Source of the DNA: an uncultured Acidobacteriota bacterium
GTDB taxonomy: Bacteria > Acidobacteriota > Vicinamibacteria > Vicinamibacterales > UBA8438
Length of the DNA stretch: 64,000 nucleotides
Direction: 5' to 3'
Assembly: GCA_913043225.1 (NCBI GenBank)
Contig: CAJWLU010000004.1
Location: forward strand, 64,001 to 128,000
The notes under the pieces were generated by a model that had not been told where the DNA came from, did not search any database, and saw only the letters and a program-made list of their open reading frames with translations. The position numbers and the translations under genes were made by a program. This document shows positions 49,057-58,043 of the stretch, in pieces. Numbering within the stretch: position 1 is the first letter of the stretch; each line of letters begins with the position of its first letter.

Positions 49057-50361
49057 ATGAGGCTAACACGGACCACCGGCGTGCCACTCTTCACCGCGGC
49101 CTTACTGTTCGGCGCACCATCGCTCGCCGCCGCCCAGGATGAACTTAGCTCTGGCGACACCGCCTGGATGCTGACCTCCAGCGTGCTCGTACTGTTCATG
49201 ACCATCCCAGGGCTATCACTCTTCTACGCGGGACTGGTCCGCACCAAGAACGTGCTGTCGGTGATGATGCAGTGCTTCGCCATTACTTGCATGGTCACCA
49301 TTCTGTGGACAGCCTACGTCTACGGACTGGCGTTCGGCGACGGCGGCAGCCTGAACAGCTTCATCGGTATGGGTAAATTCTTCCTGTCCGGAGTCGAGGT
49401 GGACACGGTATCTGGCACGATTCCCGAATCCGTGTTCCAGATGTTCCAGTTAACCTTCGCGATCATCACCCCGGCCCTGATCGTCGGCGCGTTCGCCGAG
49501 CGGATGAAGTTCTCCGCAATGATGGTGTTTATGGCGCTGTGGGTCAGCGTAGTCTACGCACCGGTCGCCCACTGGGTTTGGGGCGGCGGCTTCCTTGCCG
49601 ACTTGGGTCCCAACGGCGTCCTGGACTTCGCGGGCGGCACCGTCGTCCACATCAATGCTGGCATCGCAGCGCTCGTCCTTTGCATCATGCTGGGAAAACG
49701 ACACGGGTACCCTGATGCCCCGATGTCCCCCAACAGTCTGGTGCTGACTGTAGTTGGCGCGTCGATGCTCTGGGTCGGCTGGTTTGGATTCAATGCCGGC
49801 AGTCAGCTCGCTGCCGACGGGGCGGCTGGGATGGCCATGGCGGTCACCCACATCTCCACTGCGATGGCCGGCTTCACCTGGATGATGATGGAGTGGGCCG
49901 GCCGCGGGAAACCGAGCGCTCTGGGTATCGCGACCGGGGCGGTCGCCGGCCTAGTCGCCATCACTCCCGCATCCGGCTTCGTAGGCCCGATCGGGGCCTT
50001 GGCTATCGGCCTGGCCTCAGGCATTCTCTGCTACTGGGGCGCCAACAGCCTTAAGCAGCGGCTCGGCTACGACGACTCGCTCGACGTGTTCGGCGTCCAC
50101 GGCATCGGGGGCATCGTGGGGGCGATTCTGACCGGCGTGTTTGCATCGAGCGCGCTTGGTGGATCAATAGCCGACCTGAACATCGCCAACCAGGTCTTCT
50201 GGCAGACAGTCGGCGTGATCGTCACGTTGGCGTACTCCGGAATCCTGACGGCCATCCTGGTCAAGATTGTCGACGCGACGATCGGGATACGGGTCACCGC
50301 CGAGGAGGAAAGCACGGGCCTCGATATCGCGCTCCACAACGAGCGCGGCTTCAACCTGTAG
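49057..50361 (+). CDS. amtB: Ammonium transporter
   Basis: GDTAWML, FQLTFAIITPAL, AHWVWGGG, DFAGGTVVHINAG, WFGFNAGS and DDSLDVFGVHG motifs. Confidence 0.97.
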   Translation: MRLTRTTGVPLFTAALLFGAPSLAAAQDELSSGDTAWMLTSSVLVLFMTIPGLSLFYAGLVRTKNVLSVMMQCFAITCMVTILWTAYVYGLAFGDGGSLNSFIGMGKFFLSGVEVDTVSGTIPESVFQMFQLTFAIITPALIVGAFAERMKFSAMMVFMALWVSVVYAPVAHWVWGGGFLADLGPNGVLDFAGGTVVHINAGIAALVLCIMLGKRHGYPDAPMSPNSLVLTVVGASMLWVGWFGFNAGSQLAADGAAGMAMAVTHISTAMAGFTWMMMEWAGRGKPSALGIATGAVAGLVAITPASGFVGPIGALAIGLASGILCYWGANSLKQRLGYDDSLDVFGVHGIGGIVGAILTGVFASSALGGSIADLNIANQVFWQTVGVIVTLAYSGILTAILVKIVDATIGIRVTAEEESTGLDIALHNERGFNL

Positions 50362-50400
50362 GCAGATGGGGCGCCGCGGCGACCGCGGCGCCCCATCTGC
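50362..50400. terminator. Perfect 18-bp inverted repeat between convergent genes (probable bidirectional terminator)
   Basis: GCAGATGGGGCGCCGCGG-CGA-CCGCGGCGCCCCATCTGC fills the whole gap between two stop codons; no U-tract on either side. Confidence 0.7.
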
Positions 50401-51471
50401 TCACCCGTCCAGGGCGGCGATCACGGCAGCGGTCATATCAGCCGTCGTCGCGTTACCTCCCAGATCGCCCGTTCGCACCGTCCCCGCTTCCAGCACCCGC
50501 TCCACCGCCTGGGCAACTGCCAGGGCGGCCTGAGCCTCCTTCAGGTGCTCGAGCATCATCACCCCAGTCAGGATTTGAGCGATCGGGTTCGCCACGCCCT
50601 GACCGGCAATGTCCGGGGCTGAGCCGTGGACCGGTTCGAACATCGACGGCGCCGTGCGGTCTGGATTTAGGTTTGCGCCCGGAGCGAGACCTATCGACCC
50701 AGCGACGGCAGGTCCGAGATCCGACAGGATGTCACCAAAGAGATTACTCCCCACGATCACGTCAAACCAGTCTGGGTGCTGCACGAGATGCGCCGCAAGG
50801 ATGTCGATGTGATATTGGTCGGTCTCCACATCGGGGTACGACGCGGCCATCGCCGCGAACCGCTCATCCCAAAACGGCATGGTGTGGATGATCCCGTTGG
50901 ACTTAGTCGCGGAGGTCAGGTGCCGGTCCGGACGTGACTGCGCTAACTCAAAGGCATAGCGCAAGACCCGGTCCACCCCCTCTCGCGTGAACACTGACTG
51001 CTGCACAGCGAGCTCGGCGTCAGTGCCCTCGTAGAGCCGTCCTCCTATCTCGGAATACTCGCCCTCGTTGTTCTCTCGGACGATAACGAAGTCGATATCT
51101 GCCGGCCCACGGTCAGCCAGCGGCGTCCGCACTCCCGGGAAGAGCCGGACCGGCCGCAGGTTCACGTACTGCCCAAACTGGCGACGAATCGGGATCAATA
51201 GGCCCCATAGCGAGACGTGGTCAGGCACCCCAGGGTAGCCGACCGCGCCTAAGAAGATCCCGTCGAACCGCCGCAGCTCCTCGACATCGGCGCCCCCAGT
51301 CATGCTGCCGGTGTCCGAGTATCGTTCGCAGGACCAATCGAAAAAGGCCCACTCGAAGCGCGCCCCGAATGACGCCCCCGCCGCGTCTAGCACTAACTGT
51401 GCCGCCGGGACCACTTCCTTCCCAATTCCATCTCCTGGAATCACTGCAATCCGATGCGTCCGTTCCGCCAT
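50401..51471 (-). CDS. Tartrate dehydrogenase/decarboxylase (isocitrate/isopropylmalate dehydrogenase family)
   Basis: IPGDGIGKEV, PDHVSLWGLLIPIRR, RENNEGEYS, TKSNGI, NLFGDILSDL and FEPVHGSAPDIAG motifs. Confidence 0.9.
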   Translation of the reverse strand: MAERTHRIAVIPGDGIGKEVVPAAQLVLDAAGASFGARFEWAFFDWSCERYSDTGSMTGGADVEELRRFDGIFLGAVGYPGVPDHVSLWGLLIPIRRQFGQYVNLRPVRLFPGVRTPLADRGPADIDFVIVRENNEGEYSEIGGRLYEGTDAELAVQQSVFTREGVDRVLRYAFELAQSRPDRHLTSATKSNGIIHTMPFWDERFAAMAASYPDVETDQYHIDILAAHLVQHPDWFDVIVGSNLFGDILSDLGPAVAGSIGLAPGANLNPDRTAPSMFEPVHGSAPDIAGQGVANPIAQILTGVMMLEHLKEAQAALAVAQAVERVLEAGTVRTGDLGGNATTADMTAAVIAALDG

Positions 51472-51516
51472 GTCCATACTCCCACTGCCGATTCAGATCC
51501 GACGAACACGGCTGAA

Positions 51517-52713
51517 CTATCCAACCGCCCCTGTCTCGCGTAGCCCGACGATTTCCTCCTTCGTATAGCCTGTCTCAGTCAGCAACTCGTCGGTGTGTTG
51601 CCCCAAGGTCGGTCCAGGCCGTCCCGGCTGAAGGGGGGTGTCGGAGAGCTTCACCGGCGTCCCCAGCGTGTCGATTCGCCCCAAGGTCGGATGATCCGTC
51701 TCCACGACGAGCTCTCGAGCACGCACATGCGGATCGGCCATCACCTCCGCGTAGTCGTTGATCGGCCCACACGGCACCTTGTGCCGCTCCAGAATCTCGA
51801 GCCAGTGACGTCGGTCGTGCGTAACCATGACCGCCGAGATTCGCTCCGCCAGGTCCTCTCGGTGGCGCACCCGCTCCGCATTGTCGGCGAACTCAGGAAC
51901 AGAAGCCCACTCCCGATGTCCAAGCGCGTCACAGAGCCGCTCGAAGCTCCGGTCGTTGGCGGCCCCGATCGTCATATAGCCATCGGCGCACCGGATCGCC
52001 TCATAGGGCGCGTTCATCCGATGCGCCGATCCTAGAGGCTCCGGAACCCCACGGCCCGAGAAGTACTGGGTCGCCTCCCACACCGAAAGCGCTACACCGG
52101 CGTCGACCAACGAAGTATCTACCCGTTGGCCCCGGCCGGTCCGGTCGCGTGCGAGCAACGCCGCGAGGATTCCGGTAACAGCGAACAACCCCGCGCCTAG
52201 GTCGGTGATGGGCACGCCGACCTTCACCGGCGGCTGTCCAGCTTCGCCGGTGACCGACATTAGGCCGGACACCCCCTGGGCCACCAGATCAAAGCCACCT
52301 TTGGCGGCGTCCGGTCCGGTCTGCCCGTAGCCCGAGACAGAGGCATAAACCAGCTCCGGATGGCTCGCGCAAAGCTCCTCATACCCAAGGCCGCGCTTTG
52401 CCAGAGTGCCAGGCCTGTAGTTCTCGACGAGTACATCGGCCTTCGTGACGAGACGTCGCACGACACCGATCCCGCCGGGGTGCTTAAGATCGATGACAAT
52501 GCCGCGCTTTCCCCGGTTCACCGCATTGAAGCTGGGGCTATCGCTCCCAATCGCCCCAGGCATACCGCGGGTAGAATCCCCGCCGGGCGGCTCGACCTTG
52601 ATTACATCGGCGCCCATGTCGCACAGTAACATTGCGCAGAAGGGACCGGCCATGACCTGAGTCAGGTCGATCACGCGTACCCCGTCAAGTGGTTTCGCCA
52701 TCGTATCGTTCAC
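51517..52713 (-). CDS. Family III CoA-transferase (CaiB/BaiF)
   Basis: PLDGVRVIDLTQVMAGP, GADVIKVEP, NRGKR, ENYRPG, SGYGQTGP and GFDLVAQ motifs. An alternative start lies at 52701. Confidence 0.93.
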   Translation of the reverse strand: MNDTMAKPLDGVRVIDLTQVMAGPFCAMLLCDMGADVIKVEPPGGDSTRGMPGAIGSDSPSFNAVNRGKRGIVIDLKHPGGIGVVRRLVTKADVLVENYRPGTLAKRGLGYEELCASHPELVYASVSGYGQTGPDAAKGGFDLVAQGVSGLMSVTGEAGQPPVKVGVPITDLGAGLFAVTGILAALLARDRTGRGQRVDTSLVDAGVALSVWEATQYFSGRGVPEPLGSAHRMNAPYEAIRCADGYMTIGAANDRSFERLCDALGHREWASVPEFADNAERVRHREDLAERISAVMVTHDRRHWLEILERHKVPCGPINDYAEVMADPHVRARELVVETDHPTLGRIDTLGTPVKLSDTPLQPGRPGPTLGQHTDELLTETGYTKEEIVGLRETGAVG

Positions 52714-52761
52714 CTACGCCCCCGGGTGCTCATCGCCGGCCCGGCCGAGGAGTTGCACTTC

Positions 52762-53547
52762 GTGTCCACCTCTCACACGACCTTCGCAGTCGCCGACGCC
52801 GTCGCCACGCTGACCTTTACCCGTCCGGAAGCACGCAATGCCATGACCTGGGCGATGTACGACGACCTGATCGCAACTTGTGACACCGTGGACGACGACG
52901 AGACCATCCGGGTCCTCGTGCTCCGCGGGATAGACGATCGGGCCTTCATCGCCGGCACCGACATCTCCCAGTTCACCTCGCTTAAGACCCGTGACGACGC
53001 GATCGCCTACGAGACCCGGATCGACGAAGTCGTCGGACGCCTCGAAGCAGTCACGGTGCCGACGATCGCCCGGGTCCAGGGGCCCGCGGTCGGTGGCGGC
53101 TTCATGATCGCCGTAGCGTGCGACATGCGCCTCTGCGGTCCAGACGCGCGGCTGGGCATCCCGGTCGCGCGCACCCTCGGCAACTGCCTGTCGGCGGCCA
53201 ACTGTGCACGGCTCCTGGCCCTCGTCGGACCAGCCCGAGTCAAGGACCTGATGTACACCGGCCGTCTACTGGACGCTGATGAGGCGCTCCGCCTCGGTGT
53301 CGCAACCCGTGTCGTCCCCGCAGAGGAGCTCGACCAGCTCGTCAGCGAGACTGCGGCGACCCTGGCCAACAACGCTCCGCTCACCTTGCAGGCCACGAAG
53401 GAGTTGGTCAGGAGACTCGAACGATCGGGTCGAGATTCTCCGGAACTCGCCTACGACCTCATCACCCAGTGCTACACCAGCCACGACTTCCAACAAGCGG
53501 TGCGGTCCTTCGTGGCGAAACAGCGGCCGCGATGGACGGGTCACTGA
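52762..53547 (+). CDS. Enoyl-CoA hydratase/isomerase (crotonase) family protein
   Basis: RPEARNAM, AFIAGTDISQF, GPAVGGG and ACDMR motifs. GTG start at 52762 follows a GAGGAG RBS. Confidence 0.9.
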   Translation: MSTSHTTFAVADAVATLTFTRPEARNAMTWAMYDDLIATCDTVDDDETIRVLVLRGIDDRAFIAGTDISQFTSLKTRDDAIAYETRIDEVVGRLEAVTVPTIARVQGPAVGGGFMIAVACDMRLCGPDARLGIPVARTLGNCLSAANCARLLALVGPARVKDLMYTGRLLDADEALRLGVATRVVPAEELDQLVSETAATLANNAPLTLQATKELVRRLERSGRDSPELAYDLITQCYTSHDFQQAVRSFVAKQRPRWTGH

Positions 53548-55238
53548 CGACCGGCCAGCCCCGCGACGATGAGCGATTCCAACCGGCGCAACCCCTGGTC
53601 CACATCCCCTGTCAGCTGAACCCTGAGTAGCCCCCGGCCCCGTGCTTCGAGCACCTGGGCATCGCCCTGAGCCTGCGCCGCTTGCACCACCCCGAATGAA
53701 TACGGATGGTCCGGAATCGGCACGTCCTCAACCTCCTCGATGGTCACCTGCAAGAACACCCCGCTGTCCGGCCCTCCCTTGAAGAGCTGTCCAATCGAAT
53801 GGAGGAACCTCGGTCCGAAGCCGACCACAGTCGCCACCTCACAGCCCTCCCGCACTGCCGCCCGAATCCGCGCAGAGGCCGCCATCGTCTCAGCGTCACG
53901 ACGCAGGTACAGGAGTAAGGCGAAGTAATCTCCGGGCCCCAGCAGCGCAAGATGGGCGGAGATCAGCGCTTCGACCGTTGTCCTCCCGGCATCAGCCTTC
54001 TCTGGCCGCTCCGCGGCCCAGATCACCGACACCGCACCATCTCGCGCCCGCTCGTAAGTAGCGGGCAGGTTCCCGTGCTCCTCGTAGCTGCGCATCAGTT
54101 TTCGGCTCTCGACCTTACTAGCCTCCACGTCCGGCTGGTCGAAAGGGTTCACGTCCAGGACCGCACCACAAACAGCGGTGGCGATCTCCCAGCGGAAGAA
54201 CTCGGCGGCCACCCCTACACGCTCAGACATCGTCCAACTTGCTACCGGATGACCAGCGGCAGCGAGCGCCGCGACTGGCTTATCGAGCGTATAGTCGGCT
54301 CCATCACGCACGTACACGAACACCCGATCCTGACCGTACACGTCGGATGTTCCGAGCGGCTCGTCCACGATCGGTATCACACCTTGCCCCGCCTTACCGG
54401 TGGACTCGGCAACCAACTGTTCGACCCACCAGCCCAGCGGCGCCAATTCGGGAGCCAGCACCAGGGTCACCTTGTCTCGCCCCATCTGCGCCGCTACGCC
54501 GAGCAACAGCCCCAGGCGCAAGCCTGGATTCTCAGTGACCGGGACCTCGGGACCACACGCGGCTGCCATCGCCTGCGCCTCGGCGACAAGTCGCCTGATA
54601 TTGAGCCCGGTCACCGCAGCCGGCACTAGACCGAAGTTCGAGAGCGCCGAAAATCTACCGCCGATGGTGGGCTCTCCATGCCAAACCTGCCTAAAGCGGT
54701 AGGCACGAGCAAGCTTCTCCAAGGCCGACCCCGGATCGGTGATCGCCAGACATCGACTGCCTACGCCGCCTTGGCCTACGGTCGTTGCCAGCCGCTCGAG
54801 TAGGTAGTCAGCCAGCCTCGACGTCTCCATCGTGGCACCTGACTTGCTCGACACGATTACCAGCCCACGTTCGAGATCTACCCGATCGACCGTCCCACGC
54901 ACTTGATCAGGGTTGGTCGAGTCCAACACGTGGAGTCGCGTCTCCGGTCGGCCGGCCAGCAGCTGCCCCAGAACCTCTGGAGCCAAACTGGACCCTCCCA
55001 TGCCCAACAAGAGCACGTCCCGGATCCCCTCAGCCGCGGTCTCTCGCCGCAAGGCCTCCAGCTCCTCCAATGGAGCCAGGGTCGGCGCCTCCAGCCACCC
55101 AAGCCACCGGTCCTCGCCACTCCCCGTCCAGAGTTCGGCATCCCGCGCCCACAGCCGCTCCACACCGCGCTGGCGCTCCCACCGCAGGGCCGCGTCGACC
55201 ATGCCGGTGTGCAGCAAGGGCGGGACCGTCAGCGACAT
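53541..55238 (-). CDS. pgi: Glucose-6-phosphate isomerase (type found fused to transaldolase)
   Basis: LLGMGGSSL, SSKSG.T.E, ITDPGS, IGGRFSALS, EQLVAESTGK and NPFDQPDVEASK motifs. Start set at 55238. Confidence 0.85.
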   Translation of the reverse strand: MSLTVPPLLHTGMVDAALRWERQRGVERLWARDAELWTGSGEDRWLGWLEAPTLAPLEELEALRRETAAEGIRDVLLLGMGGSSLAPEVLGQLLAGRPETRLHVLDSTNPDQVRGTVDRVDLERGLVIVSSKSGATMETSRLADYLLERLATTVGQGGVGSRCLAITDPGSALEKLARAYRFRQVWHGEPTIGGRFSALSNFGLVPAAVTGLNIRRLVAEAQAMAAACGPEVPVTENPGLRLGLLLGVAAQMGRDKVTLVLAPELAPLGWWVEQLVAESTGKAGQGVIPIVDEPLGTSDVYGQDRVFVYVRDGADYTLDKPVAALAAAGHPVASWTMSERVGVAAEFFRWEIATAVCGAVLDVNPFDQPDVEASKVESRKLMRSYEEHGNLPATYERARDGAVSVIWAAERPEKADAGRTTVEALISAHLALLGPGDYFALLLYLRRDAETMAASARIRAAVREGCEVATVVGFGPRFLHSIGQLFKGGPDSGVFLQVTIEEVEDVPIPDHPYSFGVVQAAQAQGDAQVLEARGRGLLRVQLTGDVDQGLRRLESLIVAGLAGRQ

Positions 55239-55245
55239 CACGCCC

Positions 55246-56007
55246 TCAGACACTCTGGTCTCCTTCTCCCGCCGCGGCCCGATCGAGCCACCAGTGCACC
55301 TCTCCTTCACACCGGCGCGCGCCGTGCAAGGGGAATCGGACTGGATCCGATGCCGCCCGCCTAGCCTCACGCACCGCCGCCGCCTTCGCTGGTCCGGTCG
55401 CCACGATATGCAGCTGTCTCGACCGCCTGAGCAACGTCCACGTCATGGTGACACGCTGAGGCGGCGGCTTAGGGCTGTCCTCCACCGCGACCACCCACGC
55501 ACCCGTGTCCACTCGCACCCCCGGGAAAAGTGACGCTGTGTGTCCGTCTTCACCGATCCCCAGCAACACCCAATCTGGCCGACCGTCGCTCATCGCCCAG
55601 ACATCCCGCAGTCGCCGTTCATACTCTGCCGCCGCGGCTCCCGGCGCCGATAGCTCCGTCGGCACGGGGCAGGCCACCTGACGTACATCCAGGCCAAGGG
55701 GATCGAATAGTCCCCGCCGAGCCTGGGCGAAGTTCGAGGCCCTGTCCGACACTGGCACCCACCGCTCGTCGGCCCAGGCGAACCGCACCTTGTCCCAAGG
55801 AAGCTCGTGCCGGTAGTCTGAAGCCAGACGACCAAAGAGCGGCATAGGCGAGTTCCCCCCTGGCAACACGACAAAGAACGGCCGCTCCATGAGGATCCGC
55901 TGAGCTGCTTCGACGAAGGCCGCTGCGAGGCCAGCTGACAGAGCGTCCGCGTCCTCCGCCACATGCACCAGCGGTCTCCGATCCTCGTCGTAGACCTCAT
56001 TCGCCAT
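55246..56007 (-). CDS. pgl: 6-phosphogluconolactonase
   Basis: LPGGNSP, DERWVP...SN, LLGIGEDGHTASLFP and PKPPPQRVT motifs. Start set at the ATG at 56007. Confidence 0.92.
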   Translation of the reverse strand: MANEVYDEDRRPLVHVAEDADALSAGLAAAFVEAAQRILMERPFFVVLPGGNSPMPLFGRLASDYRHELPWDKVRFAWADERWVPVSDRASNFAQARRGLFDPLGLDVRQVACPVPTELSAPGAAAAEYERRLRDVWAMSDGRPDWVLLGIGEDGHTASLFPGVRVDTGAWVVAVEDSPKPPPQRVTMTWTLLRRSRQLHIVATGPAKAAAVREARRAASDPVRFPLHGARRCEGEVHWWLDRAAAGEGDQSV

Positions 56008-57358
56008 GAGGCCCCGCTCCCGCCTGGCTAGCCAGCACGCTCTCCGCGAGCTGGTCAAGACCCGCACTCCGCGTGACCTGATACACCGCCGGGGATTCGA
56101 GTCGACGCACCGCACTCGGGAGTTCCGCCACCGCCGTCCGGCATCGACTTCGGGCCTCCAGCGTCGATACCGGAGCGACGGTCCGCTCACCTCCGCGCAT
56201 GACCTGTCTCAACAACGGTTCAAACCCCATCGGACCTGGTTCGTCACACAGTCCGACCGTGTCGCCGACCGCCCGACCGCCGTCGCGCCGGCGCCAGACC
56301 TGTTTCCTGCCAGGCGCCGTTCGCTTGCCCGTGCTCAGCTTCATCAGCGGAGTCAGCACTCCACCCTGCTCGACCTCCACGATCTTGTAGACACCACTCA
56401 AGAACGGGGCATCGGACGACGTGCTAAGCGCCGTCCCAACACCAAACCCGTCGATCGGTGCCCCCGAGGACGCCAGCGCCGCAACCCGGAACTCGTCGAG
56501 ATCCCCACTGACGATGATCCGCGTCTCGGTCAATCCTCCAGCATCCAACCGGGCACGCACCGCCCGGCTGAGCCCTTCGAGATCACCGCTATCGAGACGG
56601 ACCGCTGCCGGCGCCAGTCCCGCCTCGGTGATCGCGTTGGTCGCCACGATCGGATCGTAGGTGTCGATCAGTAGAACCGCCTGATCGCCAAAAAGTTCAA
56701 CATACCGACGGTACGCCGTGATCTCATTGTTCGACGCCATCACCCAGGAATGCGCCATCGTCCCCGCGACCGGGACCCGATAGCGGAAACCGGCCGCGGC
56801 GCTCGACGTCGCGTCACATCCCCCCAGCACCGCCGCGCGTGCCGCCGCCACGGCGGCCTCGACCCCGTGTGCTCGACGTCCTCCGAACTCGGTTACCGCA
56901 CGGCCGGCCGCGGCCTCGACCACGCGTGCTGCCCGGCTAGCCACTGACGTCTGGAACAATACCGTCGACAGCAGCGCTGTCTCGACCAGCTGGGCTTCGG
57001 CCAGCGCCCCCCTCACCAGGAGCAGCGGTTCTCCAGCGAAGACCGGCGTCCCCTCCGGCATGGCCCAGACGTCACCACTGAATCTCAGCCCTGGCAGATA
57101 CTCGTCGAAGAACGACGCTGGAGCTCCGGACAGCGCTGGCACTGACCGCAAGAACTCGATCTCTTCCGGGGCGCATTGCCACGAGGAGAGGAACTCGAGC
57201 ACTGGCTCCAAACCCGCGGCAACAAGATAGCCACGTGTCGCCGGAAGCTCCCGCACAAAGAGCTCGAACGACCCGTGGGCCTTGCCAGCACTCGCGTAGT
57301 AGCCCGCGGCCATCGCGAATTCGTAGAGGTCGGTCGAAAGCGCTCCGGCGGGGGCCAT
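55997..57358 (-). CDS. pncB: Nicotinate phosphoribosyltransferase
   Basis: TDLYEFAM, EFGGRRAH, GTMAHSW, LIDTYD, RLDSGDL, FGVGT and GVYK motifs. Confidence 0.95.
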   Translation of the reverse strand: MAPAGALSTDLYEFAMAAGYYASAGKAHGSFELFVRELPATRGYLVAAGLEPVLEFLSSWQCAPEEIEFLRSVPALSGAPASFFDEYLPGLRFSGDVWAMPEGTPVFAGEPLLLVRGALAEAQLVETALLSTVLFQTSVASRAARVVEAAAGRAVTEFGGRRAHGVEAAVAAARAAVLGGCDATSSAAAGFRYRVPVAGTMAHSWVMASNNEITAYRRYVELFGDQAVLLIDTYDPIVATNAITEAGLAPAAVRLDSGDLEGLSRAVRARLDAGGLTETRIIVSGDLDEFRVAALASSGAPIDGFGVGTALSTSSDAPFLSGVYKIVEVEQGGVLTPLMKLSTGKRTAPGRKQVWRRRDGGRAVGDTVGLCDEPGPMGFEPLLRQVMRGGERTVAPVSTLEARSRCRTAVAELPSAVRRLESPAVYQVTRSAGLDQLAESVLASQAGAGPHGE

Positions 57359-57409
57359 GGACAGTCGGCTGAGGGTTAGTGTTGTTGGCGCGGTGGTAAT
57401 GTATCACCG

Positions 57410-58021
57410 ATGCCCACGACGGCCGGCCCAGGTGTCCAAGACCCAACCGCACTTCTATTAATCGACCTGCAGCGAGACTTCTGCCCTGGAGGAGCGCTCG
57501 CCGTGCGCGGCGGCGATTTCGTCATTCCCGTCGTGAACCGGCTGTTACTCACCTCCCCCGCCGACTGCCCCCTCTACGCCACGCGCGACTGGCACCCGCC
57601 CAGTTCCACCCATTTCAAGCCCCATGGCGACTGGCCCCCTCATTGCGTCGCCGAGTCCGACGGCGCCCGCTTCCACCCCAAGCTTGCCCTGCCCCCCAAT
57701 GCGCAGATCGTGAGCAAGGGAGTCGAGCCGGAAAGCGATGGATACTCGGCATTCGACGGAGCGCTCGAGAATGGCACCTCACTGGAAGAGGAACTACGTG
57801 GCAGGGGAGTGACTCACGTAGTCGTCGCTGGGCTCGCGACGGACTACTGCGTGCGCCACTCGGTGCTAGACGGGCTCGGATGCGGGTGGGCGGTGACGGT
57901 GGTCACCGACGCGATCGCGCCTGTCGACCTACGGGTTGGTGATGGAGAGCGGGCACTACAAGAAATGAAAGCGGCCGGAGCTACGCTCCGGCCGTCTCAT
58001 AACCTCTTCTCGCGGAGCTGA
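57410..58021 (+). CDS. pncA: Nicotinamidase/pyrazinamidase
   Basis: IDLQRDFCPGGAL, TRDWHP, WPPHCV, KG...YSAF and GLATDYCV motifs. Confidence 0.95.
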   Translation: MPTTAGPGVQDPTALLLIDLQRDFCPGGALAVRGGDFVIPVVNRLLLTSPADCPLYATRDWHPPSSTHFKPHGDWPPHCVAESDGARFHPKLALPPNAQIVSKGVEPESDGYSAFDGALENGTSLEEELRGRGVTHVVVAGLATDYCVRHSVLDGLGCGWAVTVVTDAIAPVDLRVGDGERALQEMKAAGATLRPSHNLFSRS

Positions 58022-58043
58022 CCCGCGACGCCCCACCGAAGCC

